This document shows, piece by piece, positions 60,655 to 64,000 of a DNA stretch of 64,000 nucleotides. The stretch is from Thelocarpon superellum. Taxonomy: Eukaryota. Numbering within the stretch: the stretch's first letter is position 1; each line of letters opens with the position of its first letter. The notes under the pieces are model-generated. The model was not told where the DNA came from, made no database searches, and saw nothing but the letters and a program-made list of their open reading frames with translations. Location of the stretch: assembly GCA_026025795.1 (NCBI GenBank), contig JAPEUG010000007.1, positions 1 to 64,000 of the forward strand, written 5' to 3'. The position numbers were made by a program, and so were the translations under genes.

Positions 60655-61620
60655 CTAGTATCCCGTGGCGCCGGGAGCTTTCTCGTCCTTCTTCAAGCGC
60701 ACCAGCAGCTCGCGGAAACGCTCCTTACCCGTGCCGCTGCCTCCGCCCTTGCCGCCCTTGCCGCTCAGGTCGACGAGTTTGGCGATGCGCTCCCAGCTGG
60801 TGCCGCCGGCCGCGGTGTCCTCTCTCGACGCCAGGAACTCCTCGGCCTCCTTGCGCGTCTGGGCGATCATCTTCTCCTTCTTGGTATTGTAGTTCTCGTA
60901 GAAGTCATCCACCGCTTGCTGCGCGGACTTGACCGTCTCCACCTTGCGTGATTCGGACTGCGTCGACCGTTGCGCCAGGGCGGCGTCGCGACGTTCTCGC
61001 CAGGCCCTGTACGAGGTTTGGGTCAGTAGCTACTTCCATCGACTATAGAACGGGGACTGAGTCCGGGCAGGTCACACGCACTTGATGACCTCTGGTTCTT
61101 CCTCATCTTCCGCCGTGGCAGTGTAGCTGGACGGGAAGGGCTCGTTGCTCCCCGTGATGGTCCCGCCGGGAGCTACTCGCTGATCGGCAAGTGAGGTCAG
61201 CGTTCTGGTGTTGGTGTGGGGTCTCGTTAGAGGAAGACCCATCTTACCTCATTGCTCGTGTCGATGGCCGGGAAAGAGCTCTCAAAGGAGGAGATGCCAC
61301 TGTCAGCGGCGTGACTAGGGGGAGCTCCCACACCACCGCCCAGTAAGTCATCGTGGGCATCCTCGACCAAGGCAGAGGCCGTGAGGGAGTCATGGGGCGT
61401 GGCGAACTGGTCGGCCTCGTCACCGAGCGCGGCTCGCTCGCGGGTGAGGAAATCGCCGTTGGTGGACGATGGAGCATCGATGTCCAGACCCGAACCGCCT
61501 TTGAGGTCAGTTTGGCCTGGATGCCCATGGGCCGCTTAGCAGGAGCCCGGGCCTGGACGGGGCGTCCTTTGAAGACGTACCGGCTGACAGCTCTTCGATG
61601 GACGGATATCGGTCTGCCAT
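60655..61620 (-). CDS. CLC1: Clathrin light chain, about 246 aa
   Basis: MADRYPSIEE, DFLTRERAALGDEADQF, EEPEVIKAWRERR, WERIAKLVD and C-terminal APGATGY*. Introns 61499-61580, 61180-61247 and 61007-61081. Confidence 0.93.
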
Positions 61621-62216
61621 GTTGCACTACGAGGAAGGGGTGGCAGGAGGGAGGAAGTGCCAGGCGCGAGCGAACCTGGATAATGCCGTATCCGGTGGCC
61701 AGGGAACTCTTTGAGGACTTCTTCCAGGTGACGCGGTTGCAGATTGTCCACTGCCGTAGCACCCGCACCCAGGCCCTGTCCGCTACTGCAGCGTAGACGC
61801 ACCACTAAGGGCCCCCAAATAATACTGCCACTGCTGCTTCACTTGCCACCACCAATTGTGCAGCTTCGCGCGTCTGGTACACAAAGCCTGGCGTAAACGT
61901 ACTAGCCCGAAGTACTCGCATTGAGGGAGGGCGCCCAAGTAGCAACTCTTTCATCCCCGGAAGTGGGAAACAGCTTGAGTACGACCGCTTCCCAGTCTCA
62001 GAGCTTCTCCGTGACCGAACTGTCCTCCCAGAAGCCGCGTGATTCACGAACGCCACTCTATTGTCGGCACGGATCTTGAGCCCGACTCGCTTCTTATTCT
62101 CCTCCATTCTGTCTGAACCAGACCATCATACTAACGACATCCGCACTCAAAGCAATTGGAACAAAGTGTCTCCCACAGGACACCTTCAAGGTTAGGACGC
62201 ACGGCAATTGACAGCC

Positions 62217-63804
62217 ATGGCCTTTACGGACGATGCAGTCCTTGCCAAACTCTCGGCCCTCAACGAGACCCAAGAAAGCATCGTGACCGTCGCGCAATGG
62301 GTCTTATTCCACAAGTGGGCCCTTCCCTCTGCGATCTACCTTTCGACGTTTCTTCGATCGGAGGCTGATTGATCATGGTCAATACAGGAGACATGCCGAG
62401 CGAACCGCGCAGCTATGGATGCAGAGAGTCAAGGATTCGGGCGCCAACAAGAAGCTGAATTTGATCTACCTCGCCAATGGTGCGGCCGCCGAGCGAGACA
62501 TAACCTCGTCTCTGGCTCCCTACTGACGGGATTCCGCAGAGGTCGTTCAGCAGTCTAAAGCTCGACGTAAAGATGACTTTCTCATCGCCTTTTCTCCCGT
62601 GCGTCGAATACTTCCCTACTTTTTTTCTTTGCTCACCTGGCCAGGTCATCGCCGACGCAGTGGGAACGGCGTATCGAGGTGCGACGGTAGAAGTGCAACA
62701 GAAGATCCGACGGGTGGTGGAAGTGTGGCGACAACGTCAGATATTCGAGCTGCCAATTCAGGTGGCCGTGGAGACTCGCATTGATGGTATGGCTCTCCCT
62801 GACCGAGCATGACTTCGGTATTGATGAAGATAGATCTCGACAAGTCGCGATCATCAGGGAAACGCTCGATTCTGGGAGGCTCGTTTCTGTCGAGCTCTGC
62901 GAGTACCGTTCCTCCCGAACTCCAACCCCTTGTGCCACTCCAAACCGCTGTTTCCAAGGTTTCATCCGGCAAATCAACCACGGTCACGACCGCCAATCAA
63001 GAATACGACAAGCTCAACGACCCGGCGACGCCCACCCCATCGCCGCCCGTACATGCTGCTCGCCTAAGCGGACTCTTGAAATCGCTTGCTAGCGCCGAAG
63101 GAGCCGTAGCAGACAGCATCAAGGCGCGACGGGCGCTGATCCAAGGACTCGAGAAGATCCTTGACACGAACCGCACCTTGCTCCAGACCGAGGAAACACA
63201 GATTTCTAGTCTCACAGAGCGTAAAGGCACGGTCGAGGCGCAGAAGCGCGAGGTCGAAGACGGCATCATGCGGGGCCTGGCTGAAGAATCGCCATCAATT
63301 CATCTTGGCAGTGCCAGTTCCGGCGTCGACGACCTCGGTGCCTCCCTGGGCGTTGGCGAAAGGCCGATTGGAGAAGAACTCAGCCCACCTAGCGTCGAGG
63401 CCTTGACGCCCACTGGAACCCCCCCGTCAGAGCCACTCCCGCCATCCACATCCACCGCTGTCCCAGACACCGAGACCGCAGTCCCATCTACACTCCCCAC
63501 CGAGCCGTCTCCTGTCGCCCCAGCTGCCCCAGCCGGCTCAGCAGGCTCAGATCTCCTGTCAAGCCTCGCGCTGATGCAGTCCCACCTCCACTCACCCCCA
63601 ACGGCCACGAGCGCGACGACGAACGGAACTGCAGGAACCGGCACCGCGAAGAAGCGCAAGTTGAATCACCATAGCGGAGAGGAAGACTTCAGCAACGAGC
63701 TGGGCAATGCGGCCGATGGGATGGATGGCCTGGACGACGACGTCGCCGACATCCTGCGGCAAGAGAGCGGCGAGCGGCGTGGCGTTCCGCCCTCTTCGTC
63801 CTGA
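62217..63804 (+). CDS. RTT103: CID-domain RNA Pol II CTD-binding protein Rtt103 (RPRD-like), about 453 aa
   Basis: MAFTDDAVLAKLSALNETQESIVTVAQWVLFHKRH...KKLNLIYLANEVVQQSKAR...RVVEVWRQRQIF. Introns 62315-62387, 62480-62539, 62599-62644 and 62787-62833. Confidence 0.9.
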
Positions 63805-64000
63805 ACGTCGCTCCTATCATCTTTAGTCATGTACTTCACACTGTATGTACGCCTAGCCTAGTGGGACGCCTGGAGAAGGATTTCACGGACTTTGGGAGGG
63901 GCGAAGGTAAAGAAGTGCAACAGGGCACGACGGGGTGGCACATGGATACCCGCTAGTCGTTTAGCCATGTCATATCTACGGCCAGCGACAGGCCAGCGGC

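Overview
Eukaryotic DNA from a filamentous ascomycete (Pezizomycotina, inferred from gene content, roughly 60% GC and short 45-95 nt GT-AG introns with CTRAC/CTRAY branch sites). I can reconstruct 22 protein-coding genes, most by joining ORF-track fragments across introns read from the sequence. The left housekeeping block holds a She10-like ER protein ending in KDEL, an EBP/EXPERA protein, a RING-ZZ-SH3 protein, SMC3/sudA, RIO1/sudD, ATG17 and sconB/MET30. The right housekeeping block holds BolA/Bol3, DBP9, an LRR-like protein, a flavodoxin-less FAD/NADPH reductase, MDL1, CDC37, clathrin light chain and RTT103. Between them (about 22.5-40.8 kb) lies a gene-sparse accessory region with a secreted GMC oxidoreductase, a Gac1-like PP1 subunit and three small secreted proteins (beta/gamma-crystallin-like, two-module Cys-rich, CFEM). 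The most notable observations are: (1) a 6-8-Cys secreted module I cannot name, present three times in two genes 18 kb apart and twice bordered by a phase-0 intron; (2) a perfect 18-bp inverted repeat carrying two GTCACGTG motifs upstream of DBP9; (3) a 132-bp tandem duplication whose 7 differences are all transitions (RIP-like); (4) a reductase with a CCGGGCC motif in place of the FMN domain and a Cys-containing uORF; (5) a 1235-aa protein whose RVxF motif depends on splicing. I saw no rRNA, tRNA, CRISPR array or intact transposon. All family assignments come from motif recognition, not database searches.
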